64,000 nt of DNA, taken from the NCBI GenBank assembly GCA_951406725.2, contig OX597829.1, positions 39,990,001 through 40,054,000 on the forward strand, written 5' to 3'. The notes under the pieces are model-generated. The model was not told where the DNA came from. It did no database searches and saw only the letters and a program-made list of their open reading frames with translations. The stretch's first letter is position 1. Every line of letters starts with the position of its first letter. Both the position numbers and the translations under genes were made by a program. Of the stretch, positions 26,615 through 40,595 are shown in pieces. Source of the stretch: Octopus vulgaris. Its lineage: Eukaryota.

Positions 26615-27118
26615 TTAGTGGCTGTAGCGAAAGAGGTGGTATGGTGGACCCGTTTGAAAGGGCTAAAGTCAGACACTTTCCTCTTTGACCAAAGCCTCAT
26701 CAACTTTTTCAAGTTCCACTTGAAAAAGGAAGGTGAGAGCAGAGAGGGAAGTGCTGTCTTGCAGCTAATTTATTGAAAGGTGGGCGAATGTCAGAAGAAT
26801 GGCCAGTATGAACGGACCAATTCCGAGGTTACACCTGTAACAAAAAAGGTAATATAAAAAGAGAAAGGGGCTCTCTACACCCCTTTTGACCAGGCTCCCG
26901 TGGCTTTTATGGGTTCTTCCATGAGTAACCTTTCGAAGCGCCTCCCCCTATTGGGAGTTTTAATTGTTATACATTTTTATTGTTATCTTAAATGTTATCT
27001 TGCATTTTTACACGGACTTTTCTCTCGGACAAAACCCTTTTTGTAACTTTCGTCCTGTATTTTGTCTTCACATGTTTTATTTGATTTTTGTTAGCCCTTG
27101 TGGCCAATAAACAAGAAT
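26615..27118 (+). mobile_element. L1/Tx1-like LINE 3' end
   Basis: LVAVAKEVVWWTRLKG...LINFFKFHL...ERE...FIERW resembles the L1/Tx1 ORF2 C-terminus; T-rich UTR ending in AATAAA. Confidence 0.6.
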
Positions 27119-27184
27119 TAATTATTATTATTATTATTATTGTTATCATTATTATTATTATTACTATTGTTATTATTGTTATTA

Positions 27185-27365
27185 AGGCAGCAAATTGACA
27201 GAATTATTAGCTCACTGGACAAAATGCTTAGCAACATTTCGTCCATCTTTACATTCTGAGTTCAAATTCCACCAAGGTCGACTCTGCCTTTCATCCTTTC
27301 AGGGTCAATAACATAAGTACCAGTTAAGAACTGGAGTCAATGTAATCAATTTATCCCCTCCCCTA
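27185..27365 (+). mobile_element. Degraded SINE B
   Basis: GAGTTCAAATTCC...GCCTTTCATCCTTTC.GGGTC block. Confidence 0.8.
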
Positions 27366-27424
27366 TACTTGTTTGTCTTGAAATTATTATTTGTCTTGAA
27401 ATTATTATTATTATTATTGTTGTT

Positions 27425-27483
<59 letters not shown>

Positions 27484-27539
27484 CATTATTATCATTATTA
27501 TTAATATTATTATTATCATTATCATTATTATTATTATTA

Positions 27540-27600
<61 letters not shown>

Positions 27601-27602
<2 letters not shown>

Positions 27603-30600
27603 GTTTGACTTTTGCTTTATATTTGTACAAGTTAGCTCCAAGTCTCACCCAGAGACCTCAAGAGACAACAGGTTGGAAGTTCGTATTGTTGTTATGCGTA
27701 GTGTGCCATATATTTGGTTTTGTATTTAGTGTTGTACTAGTGAATGCCTAAAAAAAAAAGAAAATTATATTTGTTTTAAAACTTCAGATTACATAGAAAG
27801 TATTTTGCGTAGGATATGAGCAGTTCCCATGAGCACTATCTTTTGAATTTCTGCCATTTTGGGGTTTCCTGGTATCTGAGTTAGGTAGCGGTCAGCCCCT
27901 TTTGCTATCATTCCCAGGGCACCTATGACAACAGGTATTGTTTTAGTCTTCAGCTTCCACATTTTGCTGATTTCTATTTCAAGATCTTTATATTTGCTCA
28001 GTTTTTGGTAGGTCTTGACAGATACGTTTATATCGATTGGGACAGTCATATCAATGAGGAGGCATGTTCTTTGTTTGAAGTCTTTCAATATGATGTCTGG
28101 CCTATTTGCATCTATCTTTCTGTCAGTTTGAATGGGGAAGTTCCAAAAAAGTGAGATGTGGTCATTTTCAAGCACTGGAGGTGGTTTGTGTTCCCACCAG
28201 TTTTTTTCAAGGGGCAAATCCAGGTTTTTGCAGATTACCCAGTGAATATATTATGCAGCTCTATCATGCCTGTTGAGATACTCTGTAGGCACTAGAAGAC
28301 TGCACTTGGAGACCACATGATCAATGGTTTCATTTTGTTGTTGATATACACATGTTGGGCTACTGCTGTTCTTTAATATGTTGGCCTGATAGTTCCTTGT
28401 TGGTAGGCATTGATCTTGAGCTGCCATGATAAACCCTTCTGTTTCAGATTTTAAGCCAGAGGCCATTAGCCATTGATGGGTCAGGGCTTTGTCAACATCT
28501 GCATTATTCGCTCTCTTTGGGTATTTGCCATAGAGAGGTTTTTCTTGCCATTTATCATTCAGAATATCTAAGGCAGCAGTTTTAGCATGGGTTTTCATGC
28601 GTTTAGCTTTTTCTGTGCTTGTTTCTTGTATGTCTAATTCCGAAATTTGTTGCATTCGGAATTCACTTAGATATTCCTTTGCCTGTTTTGCTACTGAGTA
28701 TGATGCTTTCTTGTTTTCATGTTTTGAGACAAGTTTTAACATCCAGTCCTCAGAGTTTTTCAGGTAGGTGTCTAGGCCAATTGTAGCAATCTTCATTGTT
28801 ATTGCCAGTTGTAAAAGTCCACAGGTTTTTCTTGCCATTTATCATTCAGAATATCTAAGGCAGCAGTTTTAGCATGGGTTTTCATGCGTTTAGCTTTTTC
28901 TGTGCTTGTTTCTTGTATGTCTAATTCCGAAATTTGTTGCATTCGGAATTCACTTAGATATTCCTTTGCCTGTTTTGCTACTGAGTATGATGCTTTCTTG
29001 TTTTCATGTTTTGAGACAAGTTTTAACATCCAGTCCTCAGAGTTTTTCAGGTAGGTGTCTAGGCCAATTGTAGCAATCTTCATTGTTATTGCCAGTTGTA
29101 AAAGTCCACGGCCTCCCTCTTTTCTTGGCAGATAAAGTCGTTCTATATCTGCCTTAGGGTGGTGCATTCTCTGCATTGTCAACAGTTTTTGTATTTTTCT
29201 GTCAAGATTACATATTTCAGTAATTGACCAGTTAATGATATTGAAACTGTAAGTCACGATTGGTATGGCTAAAGCATTGATCGCTTCAATCCTGTTTCTC
29301 GCATTTAGCTCTGTCTTGAGTATTGCTCTTACTCTGCGATAACATTCTCTCCTGATCCTTTCCTTCATCACTGAATGCATTATTCCATCCCCTTCAATTA
29401 CCCCTAGGTACTTGTAGCTCTCCGCTGGGTCTAATTCTTTTATGACATTCTGCTGGTCAAGGTTAACGTTAGATGTTTCTGTCATTTTTACTTTGATAAA
29501 GGTAGCATTTGCATATTTATCAAGGTCAAATTGCATTCTGATGTCATCGCTGAATTGTTTAACAATTGTTAGTAAGCCCTTGAGTTGATGGTCATTTTTT
29601 GCAAAGAGCTTTAAATCATCCATGTAAATGAGATGATTTATATTTTTATCAAACAATTTATATTTTTATCAAAAAACTATAGGTATATTCCGTCAGGACA
29701 GATGTTAGCGTTTTATACATAGTTGTTAAGCAGGTTATGGGTCTATAGTTTTTTGGTTCATTTGTTTCTTCACTTTTTGGAAGCAGGAATGTTAACCCAT
29801 TAACTTGCCAAGGTGGCATCCTACTAGGGTGTTGCAAAACATCATTGTACAGTTCTGTTAGCAGTTCATGGCTCTCTGGGAAGGCATTCAACCAGAAGTT
29901 AGGAATTTTATCCTTTCCTGGAGACTTCCATTTGCTTGATCTCCTGAGAGCAGATCTTATATCTTCTACCTTGACACCCTCCCACTTTTGCTCTTCTAAG
30001 GAGTCCAGTTCTGTAGATATTCTATCAATCCAGGGGCCTTTTCGTTGTGTGTTTTTTCTTCTGCCCAAATTTTATTCCAAAATCCCTGCACTTCTTCTTT
30101 TGATGGTACAGACTTTATAGTAGCTGGTGTTTTTCCTATCTTCCTGTAAAAATTTTGGGGGCTATTTTTGAACATGTTGTTGTCCTTGTAGAATCTAACA
30201 CGCTTTTCATACCTCGTTATGCGAGCAGCTTTAGCAGATACCTTTTGCTTGATGGTTTCAATGGTGGCATCAATATCAAGTATAGTTTTCATATCATATT
30301 TTTTCATTAATTTTTGGGTTTTTGTAGGTTTGGTAGTCTTGTCAGCCTTATTTTTTTTCAAATATTCAATGTCAGACCTAAATAGGTTAATTTGTTGTTG
30401 GATACGCTCTTGCCAAGAAGGTTTTTTGTGGGAATGTTGCCGTTTTCTAATCTTTTCACCACATAGAATCGTTGAGATTTTCGCGGATGCGTAGTACAGG
30501 TGGTTGAGATCTGTGATATCAACATCATTAGCTGAAATTATATTCTTAAGTGCAAGGCGGATTCTACCAATTATTTTCATGTTTTGGTTAGAGTTGCAGA

Positions 30601-30862
30601 TTTTTGGGAGTGTATCGCGTTCATCCATGCTGGTTTCTTTAATTTTCAACCATTCAATCATGATTTGATTTTTTAGTTCATGTAGTTCTGTTGGGTCAAT
30701 ATTTGTGTGACTTTCTTCATCTATTTGATGTTCATCTGTCTTAGTGTTTATGATTACTTCAGGGAGTATTATACTTTGCCTATCACTTATACTAACTCTC
30801 TCAATCCTTATTGCGTTTTTATCAGCCCTGGGCTGGTCTATAATTAGTTCCTCTATATTACC

Positions 30863-30868
<6 letters not shown>
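27601..30868 (-). mobile_element. R4/Dong-like site-specific RLE LINE (family D1), 3.3 kb, rearranged
   Basis: WKSPGKDKIPNFWL, KNYRPITCL, HLIYMDDLKLF, RLYLPRKEGGRGL, ETEGFIMAAQDQ, C..ETIDHVVSKC, RHD, NRPDIIL..LLIDMTVP..K..KYKDL. Flanked on both sides by (TAA)n. Carries an RT-core deletion and a 287-bp duplication. Confidence 0.95.
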
Positions 30869-30901
<33 letters not shown>

Positions 30902-30905
30902 AATG

Positions 30906-31303
30906 TTACTCTTTTACTTGTTTCAGTCATTTGACGGCGGCCATGCTAGAGCACCGCCTTTAGTCGAGCAAATCAACCCCGGGACTTATTCTTTGTAAGC
31001 CCAGTACTTATTCTATCGGTCTCTTTTGCCGAACCGCTAAGTGACGGGGACGTAAACACACCAGCATCGGTTGTCAAGCAATGCTAGGGGGACAAACATA
31101 CACACAAAAATATATACATACACACTTATATACATATATACGACAGGCTTCTTTCAGTTTCCGTCTTCCAAATCCACTCACAAGGCATTGGTCGGCCCGG
31201 GGCTTTAGCAGAAGACACTTGCCCAAGATGCCACGCAGTGGGACTGAACCCGGAACCATGTGGTTGGTTAGCAAGCTACTTACCACACAGCCACTCCTGC
31301 GCC
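30906..31303 (-). mobile_element. SINE A, full length
   Basis: Matches other copies end to end. Confidence 0.93.
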
Positions 31304-31655
31304 ATCACAACTACCACCAGGACGACGACCACCACCACCACCACCACCACCACCACCACCACTATCACCACCACTGCCACTATCACAACCACCACCACCA
31401 CCACCACCACCACCACCATGACCACCACCACTGCTACAACCATGTTACATAAGATTTAAAAATAAAAGTATGCTTTGTACAACTTTGTAACCATATGTGT
31501 ATATATGTGTGTATATGAGTGAGAGTGGTCATTTATGGTTGTAGTGTTGGTGGTGTGTGTTGAGATGGGGTGGGTGGTGATTGTTGCAAGCGAGGAGCAG
31601 TGGTGGTGGAGTTGTAGACTGTGGAGATAATTACAATGATGGAGATTAGATAAGG

Positions 31656-31663
31656 TGATGATA

Positions 31664-31701
<38 letters not shown>

Positions 31702-31732
31702 AATGATGATGATGATGTTAATGATGATGATA

Positions 31733-31803
<71 letters not shown>

Positions 31804-31840
31804 AATGATGATGATGATGATGATAATGATGATGATGATA

Positions 31841-31923
<83 letters not shown>

Positions 31924-32150
31924 AATATTGGTGGGTGGCTGTTGTGTGGAAAGGTGATGATTGTGGTGTGGCTGTTGTTGTTGTTGATGTTGTGGTTGTG
32001 GTGGTGGTGGTTGGTACAGCACTTTCGATGATAATTAATGATGATTATAATGGTGGTGGCGATGGTGGTGGTGGTGGTGGTGGTAGTTATATGATTACTA
32101 CAACACTTATGATGATGAAGTCGACTGATGATAACGGTGATAATGATGAC

Positions 32151-32190
<40 letters not shown>

Positions 32191-33620
32191 CTCATGCTGG
32201 TGGTTGTGGTGGCGGTGGTGGTGGTGGTGGTGTTGGTGGCGGTAGGTGTGATAGTGGTAACAGTGGTGTTGTTGTTGTTGGTGGTAGTCGTGGTGATGAC
32301 AGAAGATGAGGATGATGACGAATGATGGTGATGGTGATGGTGGTGGTGGTGGTGGTGGTGGTGACAGGTAACGATGATGATGATGATGATGATGGCCATG
32401 GTGATGGTAATGTTGATGGCCATATCAATAATGATGATGATGGTGGTGGTGGTGGTGGTGGTGATGATGATGATGATGATGACGACGGTGGTGGTGGTGT
32501 GGTGGTGGTGGTGGGGGGGGTGATGATGACAATTATAATCACCAAGAAAGCAGCCAGTTACTCTAGACTAGAGCATGAATTTAATTAATCTTTGGAGAGA
32601 AATTTAAGCTGTCAAAAATGACAAAAGGCTTTTTTTTTCTGTTATTGAGTCTCCCACCACCACTACCACCACCACCACCAACAACAACATCATTACAATC
32701 ACCATCAGGTACATGCCTCCAGCCAGCAACACATCCTCTTGTATTTTTACTATAACCACTAACATCACTGCTCTACCACCACCACTACCACCATCACAAC
32801 TACCACCAGGACGACGACGACCACCACCACCATCATGACCACAACCACCACCACCACAACCACCACTACCACCATCACAACTACCACCAGGACGATGACA
32901 ACCACCACCACCATCATGACCACAACCACCACCACCACCACCACCACCACCACTATCACCACCACTGCCACTATCACAACCGCCACCACCACTACCACCA
33001 CCACCACACTATCACCACCACTGCCACTATCACAACCACCACCACCACCACCACCACCATAACCACCACCACTGCTACAACCACGAAGACCATCATAACT
33101 GCTAATACCACCACCACTAGTATTCGTCACCATCACCAACCACCACCATCATTATAAATACCGACTCCACCACCACCACCACTACCACTGACATTTTCTA
33201 TTTACTTATCCTTGATCTATTGTAAAATTATCGAAACAGGTGTTGAAAAGAAAATCTAGCTTACAAACACACACACACATACACACACTCAAATAAATAC
33301 AACTGCACATACACGCACACAAAACATTTGCAATCATAAACTTGTGTATTTGCATATCGTCCACACAACTGCTATCAATACACAAAACATTACATATAAT
33401 CAGAACTGTCAACCTCCTCCTACTCATCATCATCATCATCACCATCACCACCACCGTTATCGTCACCATCATCATCATCATCAGCCATCATCTTCCTCAA
33501 CATCATCATCACCATCACCACCACCGTTATCGTTATCATCATCATCATCATTACAACCGTCATTGTCGTCTTCATCATCATCATCATCACCATCCCCATG
33601 AGGAGGGGATGATCTCTCTT
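31656..33620. repeat. Large trinucleotide microsatellite field ((TGA)n, (TGG)n, (CCA)n, (CAT)n)
   Basis: Direct inspection. Confidence 0.95.
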
Positions 33621-34878
33621 ATTATCCACAAGGTCTCAAAACATTGAGGATGATAGGAGTATGAAATAAAAAGTGGGATTTTCACTAAATAAAAACAACA
33701 AAAAAGAATATAGCAATAAAATTTTCCCTACTCCCCAAACCACCAAGGCATATTTGGGAGAAACTCTACATTAATCTTCCACACCCTAAGTAAAAAAAAA
33801 AATAAATAAAATAAAATTGCTGTTTCTCTGTTTCCCCTACTCAGTAAAACTAACTAGGAATAAGCCCATCCAGCTTTGCTATACTCAGCCACTTTTTCTT
33901 AAACTCTCTCTTTTTCCCTCTCTCTCACCCTTTCTTTCTCTCTTTCTCCCTCTCTAGTTTCATTTTTCTCATCAAGTGCTACTTGGAGAAGTTAAAAAAA
34001 TGCCAGTCTTCAAAATTTCAGACAAGTTTCCATCACACAATTTCTTTTGCAATAACCATTAAGCAGAGAAAAATGGTTGCCCTTTGCTACCATTGGAAAA
34101 TTGGCAAGTCAATTTTCACTATAGACTTGGCACTGAGAGCAAGATTCATCGGACATGCAACAGCAGTAATTTGATTGAGGACTAACAAGCCTGTATGCAC
34201 GAGCACTGAGCAATAGCGTGTAAGATGGTTTTTATGACCACATTTCGGATACGCTCAGCTGCTACACACACACATATCTGTCCTTGCTGTGCTTGTAGAC
34301 TGGCATGCAACAGTCACCAGTTAGGGCCTTCATGGATGATTTGGATGTAACAACATCACCAATCCATCTCTTTATTATAGGCATGTAGCCTGAATATAGA
34401 ATAGACATTGCAATTACGTACAGACAATACAAAATTTGTGGTACATATAAAAATAATGGATATGAGATGAGTTATGTGTAATGGGAAATGGAATGGCTCA
34501 TGAGTCCCCCAAGCTCACAGTTTCATTTTACAGTTCTTTATACATTTTGTAATACAGTTTATAATTGTTCTATTTATCTATCAGTTATATATTCAATTAT
34601 GTCCTCCATCCCAATCACATTGGTCAGATTATCATAGCACATATGTATATTACTTACTTTAATCTTCTCTTTAAATGTCTCTACTAATTTTTCTTTTTTT
34701 TTTCTTTTTCCACAAACACCACTCTAGCACTAGGTTCAAACATGTCGTGTTCCAATTTCACTCGTATCAGACCTTTTGTTTTCGTTAATCTTTTTTCTAT
34801 TTCCATATTCTTTTCGTAAAATATTAACGTTCTTAAGTTCTCTCCCGAAGGTCGTTCTGTTTGCCTCACTTGTGGCAG

Positions 34879-34953
34879 GTGTCTTAAGAACATTTGAGGG
34901 GCAAGAATGAGCGCCAAGCCATTCAAATTGAGGTCCCTTCAGCTGAAGAGATG
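34879..34953 (+). CDS. Candidate start-codon exon of a host gene (MSAKPFKLRSLQLKR...)
   Basis: Acceptor ttctgtttgcctcacttgtggcag|G and donor ATG|GTGAGT (34954). All frames are closed upstream of ATG 34907, which reads open to the donor (phase 2). Unique sequence with retained CpGs just upstream. Confidence 0.5.
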
Positions 34954-34989
34954 GTGAGTAGTGTTAAATGTCTGCTTCACCAAATCTAA

Positions 34990-35610
34990 AACCACAATTC
35001 CAGTGCTGTCAAAATAAACAGTTAAGTCTTTGGGAAGACTCTTTGACCAAGGTTCAAAGGATATGGTTTTATGGTTTTACACGAAACCAATGGAAACCTT
35101 AAGGTCTTGTTTAACAAGACAGGCAAATCCTTCTTGCCTAGTGAATTCAAGGCTTGGATATACCAGTACAGTCTGCTCAGGGCTTTGTGATTACAGATAC
35201 TATATGTTGTCATATGCCTACTGTAGAAGCCTTAGTGAAGTCAAGCAGTCATTTGAGACTGTGTCTAGCTAGTATTGTTGTGTACTGATCCAATTAGATC
35301 TTATGGTTTCCTTCAGCAATCACACAAAAGAATTTGTAGTGAGACAAATGAAAGATGCCATGCAGTACAAAGACTCCGGCAGCAACAACTCAAATGAATA
35401 TGGTATTGAGTTCCACTCAGTTAGAAAGTGGAATGCTACTCAAGAGTCATGGGTTGTAGAGGAATGGCTGCAGAAAAAAAAAGTTTTGTTGGGATCAGAG
35501 AGACAGGGAGATCAATATGAGGTTGCAGGGTCTGTAAGGGCAAAAGAAACGTGCTAACATTTCTAAATATACACAGGCCTAGAGGAAGAACAAACTAGTA
35601 AGATAGTGGG
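34990..35610 (+). mobile_element. Hero/NeSL-like RLE LINE relic
   Basis: KSLGRLFD...LPSEFKAWIYQY...RKWNA matches remembered Hero-clade KSLG..FD / LPGKFKAWIYQH motifs. Confidence 0.65.
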
Positions 35611-35667
35611 AGTCAGTTAACAAAAAGTTTGTACAAGGTGGAACAAACATGAAATAAAAATTTGTTG

Positions 35668-35897
35668 TATAGTTCTATATTTAAGAGATGAAGAATTATT
35701 TACATTATTTACATTATGTACATTATTTACATTATTTACATTATGTACATTATTTACATTATTTACATTTGACGGATATTTGTCCTCATCTTGTTTGTTG
35801 TTAACAACATTTCGGCTGATATACCCTCCAGTCTCCATCAGCTGTCTTGGGGAAATTTCGAACCTGGGTTTTCATTCCTAAGGTATTTTTCAATGTT
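35668..35897 (-). mobile_element. Hammerhead-bearing tail of the composite tRNA-TAA-HHR element (left arm)
   Basis: Reverse complement matches 40326-40481. HHR motif at ~35800-35847, followed by (AATGTAAAT)n. Confidence 0.8.
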
Positions 35898-35937
35898 ATC
35901 GTCATCATCATCATCATCATCATCATCATTATTATTA

Positions 35938-35972
<35 letters not shown>

Positions 35973-35976
<4 letters not shown>

Positions 35977-36229
35977 GTTTGACTTTTGCTTTACATTTGC
36001 ACAAGCTGGCTCCAAGTCTCCCCCAGAGACCTCAAGAGACGACAAGTTGGAAGTTCATGTTGGTGTTATGCCTAGGGTGCCATATATTTGGTTTTGTACT
36101 TAGTGTTGTACTAGTGAATATCTAAAAAACATGAAAATTATGTTTGCTTTAAAACTTGAAATTACATAGAAAGTATTTTGCATAGGATATGAGCAGTTCC
36201 CATGAGCACTATCTTTTGAATTTCTGCCA

Positions 36230-36230
<1 letters not shown>
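35973..36230 (-). mobile_element. Dong-like D1 3' end inserted in the left-arm (TAA)n
   Basis: AEIQKIVLMGTAHILCKILSM plus a 3' UTR matching 27601-27860. Confidence 0.92.
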
Positions 36231-36293
<63 letters not shown>

Positions 36294-36310
36294 ATTGTTA
36301 TTGTTGTTAT

Positions 36311-36585
<275 letters not shown>

Positions 36586-36589
36586 TATG

Positions 36590-36675
<86 letters not shown>

Positions 36676-36679
36676 TATG

Positions 36680-36770
<91 letters not shown>

Positions 36771-36773
<3 letters not shown>

Positions 36774-37817
36774 GCACAGAAAAAGCTAGGCGCATGAAAA
36801 CTCGTGCCAAAACTGCGGCCTTAGATATTCTGAATAATAAATGGCAAGAAAAACCTCTCTATGGCAAATACCCAAAGAGAGCGAATAATGCAGATATCGA
36901 CAAAGCCCTGACCCATCAATGGCTAATGGCCTCTGGCTTAAAATCTGAAACAGAGGGGTTTATCATAGCAGCTCAAGATCAATGCCTACCAACAAGAAAC
37001 TACCAGGCCAACATATTAAAGATCAGAAGCAGTCCAACGTGTCGTGTATGCAAGCAACAAAATGAAACCATTGACCATGTGGTCTCCAAGTGCAGTCTTC
37101 TAGCGCCTACAGAGTATCTCAACAGGCACGATAGAGCTGCACAATATATTCACTGGGTAATCTGTAAAAACCTGGATTTGCCCCATGAAAAAAACTGGTG
37201 GGAACACAAACCACCCCCAGTGCTTGAAAATGACCACATCTCACTCCTCTGGAACTTCACCATTCAAACTGACAGGAAGATAGATGCAAATAGGCCAGAC
37301 ATCATATTGAAAAACTTCAAACAAAGAACATGCCTCCTCATTGATATGACTGTCCCAATCGATATAAACGTATCTGTCAAGACCTACCAAAAACTGAGCA
37401 AATATAAAGATCTTGAAATAGAAATCAGCAAAATGTGGAAGCTGAAGACTAAAACAATACCTGTTGTCATAGGTGCCCTGGGAATGATAGCAAAAGGGGC
37501 TGATAGCTACCTAACTCAGATACCAGGAAACCCAAAAATGGCAGAAGTTCAAAAGATAGTGCTCATGGGAACTGCTCATATCCTACGCAAAATACTCCTA
37601 TGTAATCTCAAGGTTTAAAACAAACATAATTTTCGGTTTAAAAAAAAAAAAACCTTTTTTTTTTTTTTCTTTTTAGACATTCATTAGTACAACATCCCCA
37701 CCCCCCAAATATATGGCACACTAGGCATAACAACAACATGAACTTCCAACCCTTGTTGTCTCTTGAGGTCTCTGGGTGAGACTTGAGCCAACTTGTACAA
37801 ATATAAAATAATAAGTC

Positions 37818-37819
<2 letters not shown>
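36771..37819 (+). mobile_element. Dong-like D1 3' portion (CCHC + RLE + UTR) in (TAA)n
   Basis: CRVCKQQNETIDHVVSKC, RHD, NRPDIIL, IDMTVP. Near-identical, inverted, to 27601-28620. Confidence 0.95.
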
Positions 37820-37860
<41 letters not shown>

Positions 37861-39605
37861 TTGGCACTGTCACCTCTATCTGATATGCTAAATAGAACTG
37901 GATGCGGATATAAATGTTACGGCAAAACGATCAGCCACCTTTTATATATGGATGACCTAAAACTATACGCTGCAAATGACAAACAGCTGGAAACACTATT
38001 AAAGACAGTTTATGGATTTACCAAAGAAATAGATATGAAATTTGGATTAGAAAAATGCACCAAAGTAACCATGAAAAGAGGAAAACTAGTTAAGAGTAAC
38101 AACATCACACTAGATAAAACCAATGAAATAAAAGAATTAGACCAAAGCCAAACTTACAAATACTTAGGAATTCATGAACTAGATAAGACACAACACACAC
38201 AAATGAAAGAGAAAATAAAAAAAGAATATTATAGATGAGTTAGGTCAATACTAAAAACAGAGCTCAATGCTAAAAACAAGATAATAGGTATCAACACTTT
38301 AGCTGTCCCAGTTATAAGTTACAGCTACAATATCCTTAACTGGACACGAAATGAACTGTCCAAAATAGATAGGAAAACAAGAAAAATACTGACAGGATCT
38401 AGGATGCATCACCCAAAATCTGACATAGAAAGACTATATATACAACGTATAGAAGGTGGTAGAGGCCTTATACAGCTGGAAAACTACTATAAAATAACCA
38501 CCATAGGACTGCAAAAATACCTACTTCAGAAGGAAGGAAAACTGATCCAGATAGCAGCAAAACACGAGCAAAACAAAAAACTGTTCTCAGTATTTAAGGA
38601 AGCTGACAAATACAAACAAGAAATCATACCACCTAATAAACACAAAGAAGAAGAAGAAGATGATGAAGAAACAACAAAAGCTATAAAACAAATGAAATCC
38701 AAACTAAAAATAGAACAGCAACGAGCCATGATAAAACGATGGCAAGAAAAGCCCCTTCATGGTAAATACTGCACTAAACTAAACGCAAAAGAAATAGACA
38801 AAGAAAAATCCCAGCAATGGTTGAGAAGCTCAGGACTCAAAGCAGAAACAGAGGGATTTTTAATTGCAGCACAAGACCAAAGCCTCCCCACCAGAAATTA
38901 CCAAAAACATGTAATGAAAAGAAATATTACAAGTAACTGCAGAATATGTGGAGATGGACAAGAAACAATAAATCATATTATCTCTAGCTGCCCAGTCCTG
39001 GCTAAGAAGGAATATATTCACAGACATGACAGAGTTGGAACCTACATACATTGGAAGCTATGCCAACATTATGGAATAACAACAGAAAAAAGATGGTATA
39101 GGCACACACCAGAAAAGGTCACAGAAAACGAGAAAGCAACCATACTCTGGGATATGCCGATACACACAGATAGAGAAATTAAGGCCAACAGACCAGATAT
39201 AGTTGTCAGAGATCATGAAGAAAAAAATGCTTTCTAATTGATGTATCAATACCGGCAGATGACAACGTGTCTCTAAAAGAAATGGAGAAACTCTCAAAAT
39301 ACAAAGACCTGGAAATAGAGGTAACTAGAATGTGGAACCTGAAAACAGAAATAATTCCTATCATAGTAGGTGCATTAGGCATGATAAAAAAATATTCAGA
39401 CAAATACATAACAAAAACACCAGAACTTACAAACACATATAACATACAGAAAATTGCACTACTAGGCACTGCACACATCCTACGCAGAACACTTTCCATA
39501 CAATAACCATCAGAGCATCACAACAAATCACAGCACATACCCAAGGCACACAGAGCTGCACTCGGTAGTGAAGTGAAAGCACGCTATAAAAATAAAACTA
39601 CTGAA
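37861..39605 (+). mobile_element. Dong-like RLE LINE, second family (D2), 5'-truncated
   Basis: HLLYMDDLKLY, MKFGLEKC, RLYIQRIEGGRGL, CRICG..ETINHIISSC, RHD, NRPDIVV, KYKDLEIE. One stop and one frameshift. Confidence 0.95.
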
Positions 39606-39631
39606 TAATAATGATGATGATGATGATGATG

Positions 39632-39682
<51 letters not shown>

Positions 39683-39694
39683 ATAATAATAATA

Positions 39695-40251
39695 AATGCC
39701 CTGATGCAGTACCAGGCAGTGGCTCTCATGGCTTCTGATCTTAACTGATTGGAAGTGTTATCATGTACATTGTTTTGTCTTGGTATAAAACATGGGCTAC
39801 AGCAAATATTCTGCTCAATACCACAGATTTGCTTGTCAGTTGTTTGACCGTAACCAGTTGAGCATGTCCCTTAGTGGCTGACGATATGTGCATCTCTGAT
39901 CATGAGCAGAAGTAGTGGGGGAGTATCATAGCCATGTGCTGAGAAGGATTCTTTGGGGTTTGAATAATTCACCTCTGGAAACATGGGTGTTTTGTTCAAC
40001 GTCCTTAAACCACCCTTATTCAGGGACCTTTTGAGCGGGATGGGTTACTCGATCTGAAGAAAATTCTAACTGGGCTCCACCTGCAAGGTCATGTGCTGTT
40101 TATCTTGATATGAGATCACCATGTCGCGCACATATGGTTGTGATGCATGTGCCTGGTGTACCCTTATCAGACGGGTAGTCATGATGGGTATACTGGGCTT
40201 CGTATATTTTACCCCAGTGTCACTTTGATGGCATGCTCTGCTCGCTCACTC
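39695..40251 (+). mobile_element. Unclassified ~555-bp insertion between (TAA)n tracts (possibly the 3' UTR of another TAA-targeting LINE)
   Basis: Complex non-coding sequence bounded by AAT repeats inside the right-arm TAA tract. Single copy in this window. Confidence 0.45.
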
Positions 40252-40325
<74 letters not shown>

Positions 40326-40481
40326 CAACATCAAAAAATACTTTAGGAATGAGAACCCAAGTTCAAAATTTCCCCAAGACACATGATGAAGGCTGGAGGG
40401 TATATCAGCCAAAACATTGTGTTAACAACAAACAAGATGAGGACAAATATCTGTCAAATGTAAATAATGTAAATAATGTAC
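40326..40481 (+). mobile_element. Hammerhead-bearing tail of the composite element (right arm)
   Basis: GACAC-ATGATGA-A-GGCTG gagggtatat CAGCC-AAAA-CA-TT-GTGTT at 40378-40423. Confidence 0.8.
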
Positions 40482-40595
40482 CTTGAGCGGTTGAACTGGC
40501 ATTGGATTCCTTTTGAAGAAAATACCTTAAGCAACTTTACCTTGCAAAGCTTTATGATACTTTATGATACCTTATAAAATTTTGCAATAGGTACA

